From IMG/VR virus record IMGVR_UViG_3300014205_000173: a DNA stretch of 64,000 nucleotides. One strand, given 5' to 3'. The stretch comes from a virus (Duplodnaviria > Caudoviricetes). The notes beneath the pieces were generated by a model, which was not told the DNA's origin, ran no database searches, and was given only the letters and a program-made list of their open reading frames with translations. Made by a program: the position numbers and the translations under genes. Positions 1 to 10,643 of the stretch are shown here, one piece after another (position 1 is the first letter of the stretch; the number at the start of each line of letters is the position of its first letter).

Positions 1-1
1 C

Positions 2-268
2 ATCAGCACCGAAAACGAAAGGGAAAGACAAATCTCCTTGAGATGTAATTGGTCCTTTTTTCCATGCAGTTCTATCTTGTCTTCCTGTTACGAAATCTGG
101 AGCTTCACCAGATTGAGTGATACCAATCTTATAATCTGATACACGTATAACGCTTTCAGCCGCACCTAATTCTAAAATTCCTCCGGGAGAATCAGTTAGT
201 GTAACTAACTGGTTCCAACCCATCAAAGTTCTTACTTCTGAAAAAAACTGAACTGGATCAGTAGCCAT
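2..268 (-). CDS. Partial virion structural protein, possibly tail tube/major tail protein (runs off window start)
   Basis: Not in the ORF track. ATG at 268 with a GGAGTG RBS; open to the window edge (MATDPVQFFSEVRTLMGWNQLV...APDFVTGRQDRTAWKKGPITSQGDLSFPF); lies downstream of neck/tail-completion genes. Confidence 0.5.
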   Translation of the reverse strand, partial: MATDPVQFFSEVRTLMGWNQLVTLTDSPGGILELGAAESVIRVSDYKIGITQSGEAPDFVTGRQDRTAWKKGPITSQGDLSFPFVFGAD

Positions 269-327
269 TTTTATTCACTCCATTTATAACTTTTAATTTT
301 TTCAATCATTTTCTCACTCAACAGTTA

Positions 328-1026
328 TTATGGTGTAATAAACTGATCGTTTATCGTTGTTCCTATTCTTGCAGAAAGCTCTGCAAAGTTTTGAGAAAAA
401 TATGTTGGAGAAGCATCTAACCCAGCTTCTGTTCCGTAATCAAAAATACTTAACTGTGATGCCGACATCCCTACAGCAACCGCATCTGCATCAGAAACAT
501 AGGCATAATTTGTATAATAGTCCGAAATATTATTAACAGTAAAGGTAGTTCCATCCAATCCTGTTCTATTTGCAGAAGTACTTGAAGACATTCTTTTAAC
601 AATATGTGCGTTTAGTTTTCTTAACGCATTACCGACTAAATTAGTAGCAACAGTTTTTGCACTTTCTTCGTTAAATGTAGTATTTGCAAAGCTGTACATA
701 AAAATAGACAGATCAGTTCCTATTGAGTTTGGAGGTGCTGTATACTTTGCAGAATTACCAATCCAGACAGAATAATTTGCATTTGAAGAAACTTCACTTT
801 CGCCAGTACCAGCAGGAGCACACCCCCAAGTAGTAACATCTGATTCCGCATGTAATCCGCCCGTAGTATAATGTGGTGCGTTTGAAGTTTCACTTAAAAT
901 TAGCTGTGCAACATTATAAGCAGTATCAGAGTCACTCTCATTAAACATAGAGTCTCTTATTTTGCCATAGATTGCTCCAAGTTTATCTGCAATAGCTTTA
1001 TACTGATAAGGAAGTATAACTGACAT
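328..1026 (-). CDS. Hypothetical protein, likely virion-associated
   Basis: 232 aa, Ser/Thr/Ala/Gly-rich; within the neck-tail gene block. Confidence 0.45.
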   Translation of the reverse strand: MSVILPYQYKAIADKLGAIYGKIRDSMFNESDSDTAYNVAQLILSETSNAPHYTTGGLHAESDVTTWGCAPAGTGESEVSSNANYSVWIGNSAKYTAPPNSIGTDLSIFMYSFANTTFNEESAKTVATNLVGNALRKLNAHIVKRMSSSTSANRTGLDGTTFTVNNISDYYTNYAYVSDADAVAVGMSASQLSIFDYGTEAGLDASPTYFSQNFAELSARIGTTINDQFITP

Positions 1027-1030
1027 ATTT

Positions 1031-1951
1031 TCAATCTCCTATACCTATTTCCGATCCCTCGACAATAGGATTATAAGTCTTTTTCTGTAATCTATTTTGT
1101 ATTTCCTTCTTTATAAATTCAAAAAATACCTTTTTAACATCATGGTCAAACAAATACTCTTTAGATTGTTCAAGGAAATGTTCATAGTTTCCTTCAAAAA
1201 ATTCTTCTAAACAAATATATTTTCTACCTAATTTACTTAAAATTAAATTAGTCTCATTAAAATAAGACTCATCTATTATTATTTTTGATAATGACAATAA
1301 AATACACAATTCTTCATCAGGGCAGCTTTCAACATCAACAAAGCTTATATAATCACTTTTAAGCCTTGGATGTTCTGACAATTTTTTTATATTGTTTTTA
1401 TTACAAAGAACCATTATGTTGCTATCCTTACAATCACTTTCAATATTTCTATAAAAAAACATTTCTTTCTTAAATAGAATTTCTGTTTTTTCTATAAAGA
1501 TATCTTTCAAACAAGATGGTCCCATTCCGAAAATATAATCAAATGGCTCTAAAGTAGATTTATCAAAATCATTAAAAGACACTAGGCGATCTAAAACTAC
1601 TAAAAATGGAATATTATTTATTCCAAAATATTTTTTCACTAAAGAGATTGGCCAAACATCTGACGTTCTACCCTTTGTAATAACAATATCTATATTGTTC
1701 TTTAATATAAATTCAGATATAATTAAAATAAAATTATCAGAATATTTTCCTTCAGAAACTATAAAAAAATTATCAGAAATATCTTCTGGAATATTTTCAA
1801 GAATATCAAAATAATTATTTTGAGATTCTTTAAGTTCTTCATTTTCCCAAAAAACAGCAACAGACTCTTTATTTTGACAAAGTTCTTTTGCCAAAAGAAT
1901 ATTTTCTTTAGAGTACTCAGACATAAAAAGTACATTATTACAATTTACCAT
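1031..1951 (-). CDS. Hypothetical protein, possibly degenerate GT-B glycosyltransferase-like
   Basis: 306 aa with alternating beta/alpha pattern (IDIVITKG, FDYIFGMG, SKIIIDES); neighbours the glycosyltransferase cluster. Confidence 0.3.
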   Translation of the reverse strand: MVNCNNVLFMSEYSKENILLAKELCQNKESVAVFWENEELKESQNNYFDILENIPEDISDNFFIVSEGKYSDNFILIISEFILKNNIDIVITKGRTSDVWPISLVKKYFGINNIPFLVVLDRLVSFNDFDKSTLEPFDYIFGMGPSCLKDIFIEKTEILFKKEMFFYRNIESDCKDSNIMVLCNKNNIKKLSEHPRLKSDYISFVDVESCPDEELCILLSLSKIIIDESYFNETNLILSKLGRKYICLEEFFEGNYEHFLEQSKEYLFDHDVKKVFFEFIKKEIQNRLQKKTYNPIVEGSEIGIGD

Positions 1952-1968
1952 TAAGTTTTTCCGTGTTA

Positions 1969-2736
1969 TTAAAAAGGTCCGTCAATTGGCGTTTCCATTT
2001 GACCTTGTTGTGTAAGATATCCTCTCCAAATATACATATCTGCATCCCAAGTTATTTTTGCTGCCTTTACAAACTGGCTTCCCTTCTGAACAACCCCATA
2101 TTCTATTGAATTTATTTTAGCACTACTTGTAACCTGATAGTCTCTTTTTGCTCCAACAGGTTGAATATGTAAGTTTGTCATTAATATATACTCAACAACA
2201 TCAGTAACCTTCATCATATCTTCAGTGCTTCTATCGCTATCTGCACCTTCAACATAAATTATAAAATCAATAGACATAGTATCCATAGTTCCCGAGAATG
2301 TCTTCCATTCAATTCTTTTACTTGACGGAACAATGCAAACCGTTGGAAAAATATTTACAACAGCTAAATCTCCCAATCTAACATCTTTTACTATTATCCC
2401 TCCCGGAGCCCTTCTTACTTTGGCACTATTTGAAACCAACCAATCCTTAGAAACATTTCCATCTAAAATTATTTCATTCTTTTCATTACTAACATTTATT
2501 ACATCATATTCGGGCATACCATCATATCCGCCAGGAATTGGTTTCCCTGTACATACGGAAGTACTATCTTGTAATACTACTTCGGGATATCTTATGTTTA
2601 AATTTTCCCAAGTAAAATCACTTGAGTCTGAAAGATTTAATATATTCGATCCAGATAAACAGTCTTCCGATAAATTAGCTGAAGCCATAAGAAGTCTTTC
2701 CATTCTGTTTGCCACAGCTTTGTATAAATGAAACAT
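1969..2736 (-). CDS. Putative tail completion/terminator protein
   Basis: C-terminal half (GDLAVVNIFPTVCIVP...IDFIIYVEG...AAKITW) resembles the tail-terminator pattern; sits between the head-tail adaptor and a putative tube gene. Confidence 0.5.
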   Translation of the reverse strand: MFHLYKAVANRMERLLMASANLSEDCLSGSNILNLSDSSDFTWENLNIRYPEVVLQDSTSVCTGKPIPGGYDGMPEYDVINVSNEKNEIILDGNVSKDWLVSNSAKVRRAPGGIIVKDVRLGDLAVVNIFPTVCIVPSSKRIEWKTFSGTMDTMSIDFIIYVEGADSDRSTEDMMKVTDVVEYILMTNLHIQPVGAKRDYQVTSSAKINSIEYGVVQKGSQFVKAAKITWDADMYIWRGYLTQQGQMETPIDGPF

Positions 2737-3008
2737 TACAAACTCCTATTTGCGTCTCTTTCAATTTCAGAAAAAACCTGACCTACAGCAAGAATAGTAT
2801 CTCTTATTTTCTTTTCTTCACCTTGAGCATTGGCATTAAATGGATCTACCGTAGATCCCATAAAGTCAGAAGTTTTTACGAAAACAGGTAGGCTTTCATC
2901 AACCTTTAAAAAACCATCTTCATCAATTTCTCTTGAAATATTTTCCATTTCAAGTTCTGTTCTTTTTAGAAAACCACTAAAAATATCAAGAGATTTTTCA
3001 AGATCCAT
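2736..3008 (-). CDS. Hypothetical protein
   Basis: 90 aa ORF tightly packed between neck genes. Confidence 0.5.
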   Translation of the reverse strand: MDLEKSLDIFSGFLKRTELEMENISREIDEDGFLKVDESLPVFVKTSDFMGSTVDPFNANAQGEEKKIRDTILAVGQVFSEIERDANRSL

Positions 3009-3010
3009 TA

Positions 3011-3511
3011 TTATTGACCGGCATTTCTTTTATTTATTTGAAGCTCACCCGGACGGGCTACACGAGGATCGTCCATTAACTCTCTACGATGAAATCTTTT
3101 TCCTGTATAAATCTGTCCTCTTAAAAAAATTGTTCCAGACTGAAGTTGAGATAAGTCATCAAAAGCCAACGATCTTTGATTTTTACCCCAATCAGAAACA
3201 TTCGGCTCTTGCCCTGAAGAAATTACTTCATCATATATTTTTGCCGCTGTAAGTCTTGCGTTTATCAGGGGAATTGGATCAGGATATACTGGAGTTCCCA
3301 AAGTTCCATTTTCATAATCGGGAACCTTTATTTTTCTTAAAGGAGTATTATAGATTGTACTTAAATATCCATTAATTATACCGGCAGACTGTTCTATATA
3401 AAATGTAACATCGCTTTCTAGGATATTTACGTTTCTATCTTGAAGATTTGTTCCAATTACAATTTTATTTGGAAGTATTTGCTGAACTTCAGATACAGTA
3501 CAATAGCCCAT
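3011..3511 (-). CDS. Head-tail adaptor, Mu gp36/DUF1320-like
   Basis: MGYCTVSEV...IEQSAGIINGYLSTIYNTPL...LINARLTAAKIY...AFDDLSQLQSG matches the gp36/DUF1320 pattern. Confidence 0.75.
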   Translation of the reverse strand: MGYCTVSEVQQILPNKIVIGTNLQDRNVNILESDVTFYIEQSAGIINGYLSTIYNTPLRKIKVPDYENGTLGTPVYPDPIPLINARLTAAKIYDEVISSGQEPNVSDWGKNQRSLAFDDLSQLQSGTIFLRGQIYTGKRFHRRELMDDPRVARPGELQINKRNAGQ

Positions 3512-3552
3512 TAGAAATCACCCCTTTTATATATAGTAAGTATTTCCTAAAT

Positions 3553-5184
3553 TTATCTTTTATTTCCTTTGACAATAGAATTTTGAAAAAATAAAAAATT
3601 TTTTCTTTGATTTATATTCTTATTTAAATACCAAACATTACCCATTACATTTACTTTAAGTTTTAATTCTTTGAAAAATGAATCTACGGCATCTCGAACT
3701 TCTGGAAAAAAATAATCATGACCAGATATTATTCCACCTTCTTTAACTAACAAAAACCATGATCTTAAATCTGAAAAAACCGATTCATAAGTATGTTCTG
3801 CATCTATAAAAACACAATCAAGAGATTCTTTTTTGAAATATTTAGAAGCTTCAATTGACGACATTTTCATAGGGAAAATTTTTCCCAATAAATTTTGCTC
3901 TTTAATATTTTTATAAAAATTAGAATAAATACATCCTCCGTTTCTATTAACTTCATCAATATGATAAGTTTCTGACGGAGATCCTTTCCAAGTATCTACA
4001 CCAAATATTTTTATTTCTTTCCTGTTTTTAAAAATATTTTCAGCCATATAAGATATTGATTTACCCTTCCATACTCCAATCTCAACAAACATTCCATTTT
4101 CCGGGATTTTATCAAAAACAAAATCATAAAAATCCAAATAATCAAACCACCCCTCTATATCAGAAAATTTTTTATTTTTACAAACAATTCTATCATAATA
4201 AATTTTTTTGTCTAAATATTTATTAATAATAGGGCATAAATAATTTTCAAAATAATTTAAATGCCAATAGTTATAAAAATTCATATTACAATTAAACAAC
4301 ACTTCACTTTGTTCAAAATTTGTTTTATTAAAAAAATCTAATACTTTATCGAAAGAAGCATTGCAGTCTAATAGATTTTCAGACCCACTAGAATTACAAT
4401 TAGGTAATTTAATACAATTATATCCATCTATCCAGTCATAAGAATATTTCACTGTACCTTCTTGCAAAAGAATAATTGAATTTACAGATGATTCCGAATC
4501 TCTAAAACATTTTTCCCCGTAACCATGCAAAGAAACCGATAGTTTTGCATCAAGTTGTAAAGAAAACACTTCATAAATAGAAAGCCTTCTATAACAATCT
4601 CTAAGTTGTATATCACATTTTATTTCATCTTTATTAATTAAAAAATTTGAAAAGTTTATTCTAGATATATTAGAATTGCCAAAAATCATCAACAAATCTT
4701 TTTTTCGTAATTTATATTGATTGGCTCCAAGAAATGGATACTCTAAGGCTTCAGGTATTGTTGAAATAAAGTCTAAAGGATGAATATCATATTTTTTATT
4801 TTTATAATCATTGTTTATTTTATATTCTCTTTTAAAATAAGATATTATGTTAATTTCTTTTAAACAAAAATCTCCCATTTCTATCCAATCAGAATTAGAT
4901 GAAATAACTCTTTCCATCCCAAGCATATATGTCTTATTAAAGGTTTCAACATAATCAAAAACAATAATTTTTTTTTCTTTGATTTCCTTAGCTTTTATTC
5001 TATCAAATAAAAAATTTTCATCATATTCCAAAAAAAGAAAAACAAAATCAGAATCAACTACAGAATATGTCCTTTCATAAGATTTAGAATTTTCAAAAAA
5101 CATATTCATGTAATGAGATATGGCACCGCTCATACATCTTACTGTACTTAGCTCTGTTAAAAAAATTTTTATTTTGTTTTCCAT
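3553..5184 (-). CDS. Exostosin/GT47-like domain fused to class I SAM methyltransferase (Methyltransf_24-like)
   Basis: N-terminal AKLSVSLHGYGEKCFRDSE; C-terminal FVEIGVWKGKS, GVDTW, FIDAEHTY, GGIISGHDY. Confidence 0.7.
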   Translation of the reverse strand: MENKIKIFLTELSTVRCMSGAISHYMNMFFENSKSYERTYSVVDSDFVFLFLEYDENFLFDRIKAKEIKEKKIIVFDYVETFNKTYMLGMERVISSNSDWIEMGDFCLKEINIISYFKREYKINNDYKNKKYDIHPLDFISTIPEALEYPFLGANQYKLRKKDLLMIFGNSNISRINFSNFLINKDEIKCDIQLRDCYRRLSIYEVFSLQLDAKLSVSLHGYGEKCFRDSESSVNSIILLQEGTVKYSYDWIDGYNCIKLPNCNSSGSENLLDCNASFDKVLDFFNKTNFEQSEVLFNCNMNFYNYWHLNYFENYLCPIINKYLDKKIYYDRIVCKNKKFSDIEGWFDYLDFYDFVFDKIPENGMFVEIGVWKGKSISYMAENIFKNRKEIKIFGVDTWKGSPSETYHIDEVNRNGGCIYSNFYKNIKEQNLLGKIFPMKMSSIEASKYFKKESLDCVFIDAEHTYESVFSDLRSWFLLVKEGGIISGHDYFFPEVRDAVDSFFKELKLKVNVMGNVWYLNKNINQRKNFLFFQNSIVKGNKR

Positions 5185-5190
5185 ATCTAT

Positions 5191-5790
5191 TTAATATATT
5201 GTTTTATTGCTATCCTTATCCTTATTTTGACTTATTAATATATTGTTCTTTTTTAGACAAAAAATAATATTATAGGTTGAGTCATGGCTATTTTTTCTAT
5301 CAAAAAGTTCTTTTTTATAAACAATCTTTAATATTTTTATTTTTTTTATTATAGAACACATAAAGTCTAGTCCAAACATATCGTATTTGTGAGATCCATT
5401 TGGCAATGTATTGTCAATAATACACCTATTCAAATACCTTTGCTGGTCTGGCAAAAGCAATATAATAATTCCATCATCTTTTAAAATTTTACACCAATCT
5501 TTTAATAGTTTTTTTATTTCAAATTCCTTAAAGTCTTCAATTAAATGAGATGAATACACAACATCATATTTTACCTTTACTATAGATAAAATTTCTCTAA
5601 CGTCTCCATGATATTTTATTTTTGAAGAATCTGCACCATTATATGGTATAGGTAAGTCAAATGTATCACAGCTATCTGTAAGTGGACTATACCCACAGCC
5701 AATATCTATAATTAACAAATTATCTATAGACTTCTTTTCTTTTACTATTAAATCTAAAACTATCTTTCTATAGTGATCTGTTTCGCCCAT
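5191..5790 (-). CDS. Class I SAM-dependent methyltransferase
   Basis: IIDIGCG motif I, YDVVYSSHLIED, LKDDGIIILLLPD. Confidence 0.8.
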   Translation of the reverse strand: MGETDHYRKIVLDLIVKEKKSIDNLLIIDIGCGYSPLTDSCDTFDLPIPYNGADSSKIKYHGDVREILSIVKVKYDVVYSSHLIEDFKEFEIKKLLKDWCKILKDDGIIILLLPDQQRYLNRCIIDNTLPNGSHKYDMFGLDFMCSIIKKIKILKIVYKKELFDRKNSHDSTYNIIFCLKKNNILISQNKDKDSNKTIY

Positions 5791-5794
5791 ATGT

Positions 5795-6922
5795 TTAAAA
5801 ACAATTCGTCATATTTATATTTTGTCTTAAAATATTTATTTTATTCTGTACACTAAAACCCTTTTCAATACTATCATAAATACCAAGTTCTTCAAATCTT
5901 TCTTGAAAAACAATGCTTCTTAACCTTTCTTTTGAAATAAAATTAATACTATTTTCTTCAAAATTAACACCATTATTAAATTTTAATTTATGTAAAACAT
6001 CTTTATTTAAACAAGAATTTTCTATATTTTTAAAAATTAAACTCAATGTATCTGGCGAGTATTTTGTTTTAACAACAAAAGTAAACATCTCATGAGTCAT
6101 GCTCATAAGATATTTTAAATTTAAATTCTTTGTAAAACAAATTACAACATCATATTTTTTTGAAATTTCATTAATTAACTCTGATTCTATTTTAGATTTA
6201 CAAATTATAATTTTATTAAATATTTTTTTCTTACAAATATCTTCCAAGTATTCCAAGTCTATATAAAAATCAAAAACAACTTCAGGTTTAAAGTTTATAA
6301 AAAACGGACTCAAAACATCCTCTCTGTTAAACATAATTTTATCATTGATATTTTCATAATATAAATTATATAAAATATTTTGAGAAATACAGGCATCAAA
6401 ACCTATATTTGTTTCCAACCCATCAACTATATCCAAAACTCTACTATTATCTCTTATAAACTCTTTATATATGTTGATTTCACAAAAACATTTATCTTCT
6501 ATAAAAACTCTTAAAAGTCCATTTATAGATATTAATTTTATTTTACAAAAATCCTTTCCCCAATAAACTACATTTTCTCCGCCTTTATAAATCATAATTT
6601 CTGGAACAAAACCATAAACTCTAGAAAAGCTCCAGCGATAATCTTCATTATTATTATTTATACATCTAATTTCATACCCAGAACCAGAATGTATAAAGTA
6701 TAACGAATAAAATACCTTTTTATGATAATCATAAAAAAACCTTAATTGAAAACCACCAAACTTTGTTATTTTCTTAAAATCTATAATAAATTTAAAATCT
6801 TTAGAAAATTTAATTTTCTTTTCAGAAAATAAAAACATATCTTTGCTATCTGAAAGAAACTCTATCCCCTCGCTAGAGGCTAAAGCCATTTCCCCTTTAT
6901 GTAAATTAAAAGAATCTGACAT
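5795..6922 (-). CDS. Hypothetical protein (beta-rich N-terminus)
   Basis: 375 aa ORF inside the glycosylation cluster; no clear motif. Confidence 0.4.
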   Translation of the reverse strand: MSDSFNLHKGEMALASSEGIEFLSDSKDMFLFSEKKIKFSKDFKFIIDFKKITKFGGFQLRFFYDYHKKVFYSLYFIHSGSGYEIRCINNNNEDYRWSFSRVYGFVPEIMIYKGGENVVYWGKDFCKIKLISINGLLRVFIEDKCFCEINIYKEFIRDNSRVLDIVDGLETNIGFDACISQNILYNLYYENINDKIMFNREDVLSPFFINFKPEVVFDFYIDLEYLEDICKKKIFNKIIICKSKIESELINEISKKYDVVICFTKNLNLKYLMSMTHEMFTFVVKTKYSPDTLSLIFKNIENSCLNKDVLHKLKFNNGVNFEENSINFISKERLRSIVFQERFEELGIYDSIEKGFSVQNKINILRQNINMTNCF

Positions 6923-6925
6923 AAA

Positions 6926-7705
6926 TTATACCCAGTGGAAATAATACATACCTGTATCAGTTAAGGCTTTTTTACCTGCGTAAAGCAATCTTCTATCAAA
7001 ATCTATATCATCCTGTCCGTGCAATCCAAAATTTTCTTTTAGTAAACCATAATTCAAAAGAATGTCATATGTTGTAAAAACAAGACATCCCATTATTCTA
7101 AAAAGACCAACTTGTATTGTTAAGAATCCATCATTATTTTTTCTTAATTCTAAAGCGTATTCTTCCATCCTATCCTTAATATATGTACTATTGAAATTTA
7201 TTACCTTTTCATTTCTATAATCACCAACGGCTCTTCCAAAAAGAATTTTTTGAGAGTCTTCAAATATTCTTATTAACTTAAACTTATTAAAAATATAACC
7301 CATAGTAGGGTGGGTTGCAAAAGCCATTCCTGTTACAGCCCCCATGTTTGGGTCCGAATTAAAACATTTTTTAAGTCTTTCTAGCCAATCTTTATTTGAT
7401 TTTGGAATTATAACATCATCATCTAACTTTATTATATACTTATATTTAGAAGATAAAAAGCAGGTATTCAAACCCTTTGCTGCTCCTATATTTTCTGAAA
7501 AATAAAACACATTAATAAAATTATGTTTATTTTCTAAACCTTCTAGAAAACTAACCAATTCTTTATCCAAACCATTACAGGCTATATTTATTTCAAAATT
7601 TTCATCTCTATCACTTTGTATCCAACTATCAATAGATTCTTTAAACTTTAATAATTTTTTGCCATACACAACCGTACATAAACTATACCCATCTTCCTTT
7701 ATCAT
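6926..7705 (-). CDS. Glycosyltransferase family 2
   Basis: ENIGAAKGLN, YIIKLDDDV (DxD), GQDDIDFDRR. Confidence 0.85.
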   Translation of the reverse strand: MIKEDGYSLCTVVYGKKLLKFKESIDSWIQSDRDENFEINIACNGLDKELVSFLEGLENKHNFINVFYFSENIGAAKGLNTCFLSSKYKYIIKLDDDVIIPKSNKDWLERLKKCFNSDPNMGAVTGMAFATHPTMGYIFNKFKLIRIFEDSQKILFGRAVGDYRNEKVINFNSTYIKDRMEEYALELRKNNDGFLTIQVGLFRIMGCLVFTTYDILLNYGLLKENFGLHGQDDIDFDRRLLYAGKKALTDTGMYYFHWV

Positions 7706-8988
7706 TATTCTCTAACCAAATTATTTAATTTTTCTATTGATTTAACAAAATTTTCTTTATCGTCTTTGTCTTTAACGACCCTTCTTTTACTCCAAACAAA
7801 ATGTATTGCAAGCCAATCATTTCTACTAAAATTATCATTTAATATAAAATCCAACCCTTCTATATCATCTTTTACATATTTTATGTTTGTGTATTCTACT
7901 GGATTTGCCAAATAATCAAGAGTGTCTTTTCCGAACGAAAAAAATCTATCTTCTGTATATTTTGAATTTCCTAGAGAATTTAAAAGTTTAATTTGTTCTT
8001 CATACACTCTTTTTGAAAAATACGAACTAACAGTACTTGCCATCATATTAATGTCATGAATAGGACCTGAAGAAAAATTAATAAATCCTAATTTCTCTAA
8101 AAGAAAATTAAAATGATTTATAGTGCCTAATATAAATATATCATGATCGCACCAAATACCTCCAAATTCTTTTAAATAAAAGAATCTAAATATATCTGTA
8201 AAGCTCTCTATATTTATTATTTCTTTATCAAGCTTTTCCTTCCAAAAATGAGACTCTGGGAATGTATCTAAAACTTCCTCCATTCCAAATATTTTAAACC
8301 CTTTCTTTTTTAAGTTTTCTAAACAAGATTCTATTACTATATTTTTATTTTTTAAATATTGATCTGAAAAGGTAAAAAAATTCATTTTCTCAACAGGGAA
8401 AAATGTCTTTTGTATTGGAAATATTTCCCTACCAGTAAAATCAGACCAACTTTTTATTTTTTTAACATGATTATAATTTTTTAAATGAAATTCTATACCA
8501 GAGTAATCATCCAAAGAAAGCAACATAGTGCAAGCAGAATAGTTGCTTCTAAAAAAATAAATATTATAACAATCAGGAACATCTAATTCTATCTTAAATA
8601 ATTCACATTCTGAATCATGAATAATTATATTTTTAGATCTTAAATTTAAAAGAGTTTTAATTAAGTAAATCCTAGAATTCCAATCAGAATCAATAAAATA
8701 AAAATCTTCATTTAAAAGACCTTTATTTTTTAAAAAATCAAACTCTTGTGTCTTTTTAATTAAAAATAAATTTCTATTTATATCTATGTTTTCAGACAAA
8801 CTATTGTAACATATATCATTATTTTCAAGAGAATGAAACCTATATGAGTTATCTTTAAAATATTTAGTACTATAAAGTCCAGCCCCAAATTCTATAACAG
8901 ACCCAAATTTACCTCCAATATATTTCCTTATAGATTCTAAAACATCTAAATGCGATAAATATGCAGGATTAAGATCAAAATTATACAT
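7705..8988 (-). CDS. Methyltransferase-like domain fused to DXD (GT32-like) glycosyltransferase
   Basis: VIEFGAGLYST, FYFIDS, IIIHDSE at the N-terminus; TDIFRFFYLKEFGGIWCDHDI at the C-terminus. Confidence 0.7.
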   Translation of the reverse strand: MYNFDLNPAYLSHLDVLESIRKYIGGKFGSVIEFGAGLYSTKYFKDNSYRFHSLENNDICYNSLSENIDINRNLFLIKKTQEFDFLKNKGLLNEDFYFIDSDWNSRIYLIKTLLNLRSKNIIIHDSECELFKIELDVPDCYNIYFFRSNYSACTMLLSLDDYSGIEFHLKNYNHVKKIKSWSDFTGREIFPIQKTFFPVEKMNFFTFSDQYLKNKNIVIESCLENLKKKGFKIFGMEEVLDTFPESHFWKEKLDKEIINIESFTDIFRFFYLKEFGGIWCDHDIFILGTINHFNFLLEKLGFINFSSGPIHDINMMASTVSSYFSKRVYEEQIKLLNSLGNSKYTEDRFFSFGKDTLDYLANPVEYTNIKYVKDDIEGLDFILNDNFSRNDWLAIHFVWSKRRVVKDKDDKENFVKSIEKLNNLVRE

Positions 8989-10045
8989 TCTTTTTTTCCT
9001 TACTTAAAGCCGCATTCAAACAACCAACAGCGGTTCCTGATAGTGGATCTTTTGCTCTCCTAACACCTTTTATATCAAAAGGCCAATTATTTTCTTTTAT
9101 AACCTTCTCAACCAACTCAGAGAATCCGTTTGGCATACTCGTTCCCCCGCTAATCACAACTTCAATCGGGTCCGTAAACTGAGTTCCCTTTGTTATAAAT
9201 TCTTTTTTAAATTCCTTTATTACCTGAGAGACTAAAGACCTATAATATACTGACAACGCATATGCCACTTCATCATTTGGATTTTGATTCAACAAATCTA
9301 ATTGACCTAATCTTGATTTCTTTTCCTTCTGTACAGTAACCTCACTTGAGGTTAATCCTATAACTCTAGAAACCTCTTCATCAATCCAATCTCCCCCTCT
9401 AGCAATTGAAAATTTTATTGTATCCTTTCCCTTATATGCCAAACATCCATTTGTACCACCAGCACCCCAACTAATTCCAATACCAGTCATATTTAACTCT
9501 TCACCATACTCATCTTTAGTTGTTGGGTTTGTAGCAAAAACAATTGCTAATGATTCCGTTAATGGATATACTTCATATCCTAACTCAGATATAAACTGCA
9601 AACACAAGTCCTGATGAAATGTATTTGAAACACTTCCATCTAATGGATTTGCCGGAATAGAAACAACGCAAATTTCGCCATCTTTCTCTGGAGGTCCAAT
9701 TAATTTTTGTGACATATATTTTAACATTTGAATTGCTTTTTTTTCAGAGCGACTATTAATAACCATATTTGCCATTGGTCTTCTCAACATTGTTCTTCTT
9801 TGCCCATTACTATCATTACTAGATGTAATGTTGCAAATTTTAATGCTGTCCTTACCAATAACAAAGATTCTCTCTTCTCCTAGCTCTGTATCTTTAATAT
9901 AGTTGCTGCCAGCCAGCATATCCTCACCATCAACAGGAATGTCTACAAAGCAATTTCTTTCACTTTTTATAACAGTTTCATTATCTTTGTTTTTTCTTGC
10001 TGAAACAAGAATCGAAGTTCCAAAATCAAATCCTACTGGAGACAT
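8981..10045 (-). CDS. Actin-fold ATPase, volactin-like
   Basis: Phosphate-1 VGFDFGT, RRPM, connect-1 LTESLA, phosphate-2 GIGISWGAGGTN, FSIARGGDWIDE, adenosine VVISGGTS, connect-2 DPLSGTAVG. Confidence 0.85.
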   Translation of the reverse strand: MSPVGFDFGTSILVSARKNKDNETVIKSERNCFVDIPVDGEDMLAGSNYIKDTELGEERIFVIGKDSIKICNITSSNDSNGQRRTMLRRPMANMVINSRSEKKAIQMLKYMSQKLIGPPEKDGEICVVSIPANPLDGSVSNTFHQDLCLQFISELGYEVYPLTESLAIVFATNPTTKDEYGEELNMTGIGISWGAGGTNGCLAYKGKDTIKFSIARGGDWIDEEVSRVIGLTSSEVTVQKEKKSRLGQLDLLNQNPNDEVAYALSVYYRSLVSQVIKEFKKEFITKGTQFTDPIEVVISGGTSMPNGFSELVEKVIKENNWPFDIKGVRRAKDPLSGTAVGCLNAALSKEKKNV

Positions 10046-10124
10046 AATAAACCACCTATCTTATATATTTATTACTTTTCTTTCAAAACATTTTGAACAA
10101 ACCTTAAATTTCATTTACTTTTCT

Positions 10125-10640
10125 CTAAAAATCTATAAAATCATCCAACCCATTAGATTCGCTATTTTTAATTTTATTTTCTTGATTCCCAAAATTGTCT
10201 AAATTAATTTTGGCCATTCCGCTATCTCTTTTAAATACGAGATCTTTCATTAAATTTTGACGAAGAGCCTCATCTGTTTTTTCCTCTTCTTTGTTTTCTT
10301 TTTTATTTTCGTCGTTAGAAGTATCAATATTATTTTTTAAAATTTCTTTTATTATTCCTGTAAAAATTTCTGGCTTTAAACTTTCTAATAATAGATCTAA
10401 CTTTTTATGAACTTCAGTATTCCCAGTATTTTCAACCACAGTATCACTATCAGTTAATACTTCAATTAACTCAAGCTGATTCCCCAAATATGGTTTTATT
10501 TCTGGATGCGTTTCTAAAGACGAAACATTTAATCCTGTCTTTTCTACTAGATCAAATATATCGCCTTTTCTAAAAGTTATATTAAGCTTTTTAAAGTGAA
10601 GAACTCCAGATCCACAATATCTAACAACATATCTGGACAT
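10125..10640 (-). CDS. Hypothetical protein upstream of the actin-like gene
   Basis: 171 aa; small N-terminal module, charged linker, acidic/aromatic tail LDDFIDF. Confidence 0.55.
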   Translation of the reverse strand: MSRYVVRYCGSGVLHFKKLNITFRKGDIFDLVEKTGLNVSSLETHPEIKPYLGNQLELIEVLTDSDTVVENTGNTEVHKKLDLLLESLKPEIFTGIIKEILKNNIDTSNDENKKENKEEEKTDEALRQNLMKDLVFKRDSGMAKINLDNFGNQENKIKNSESNGLDDFIDF

Positions 10641-10643
10641 ATT

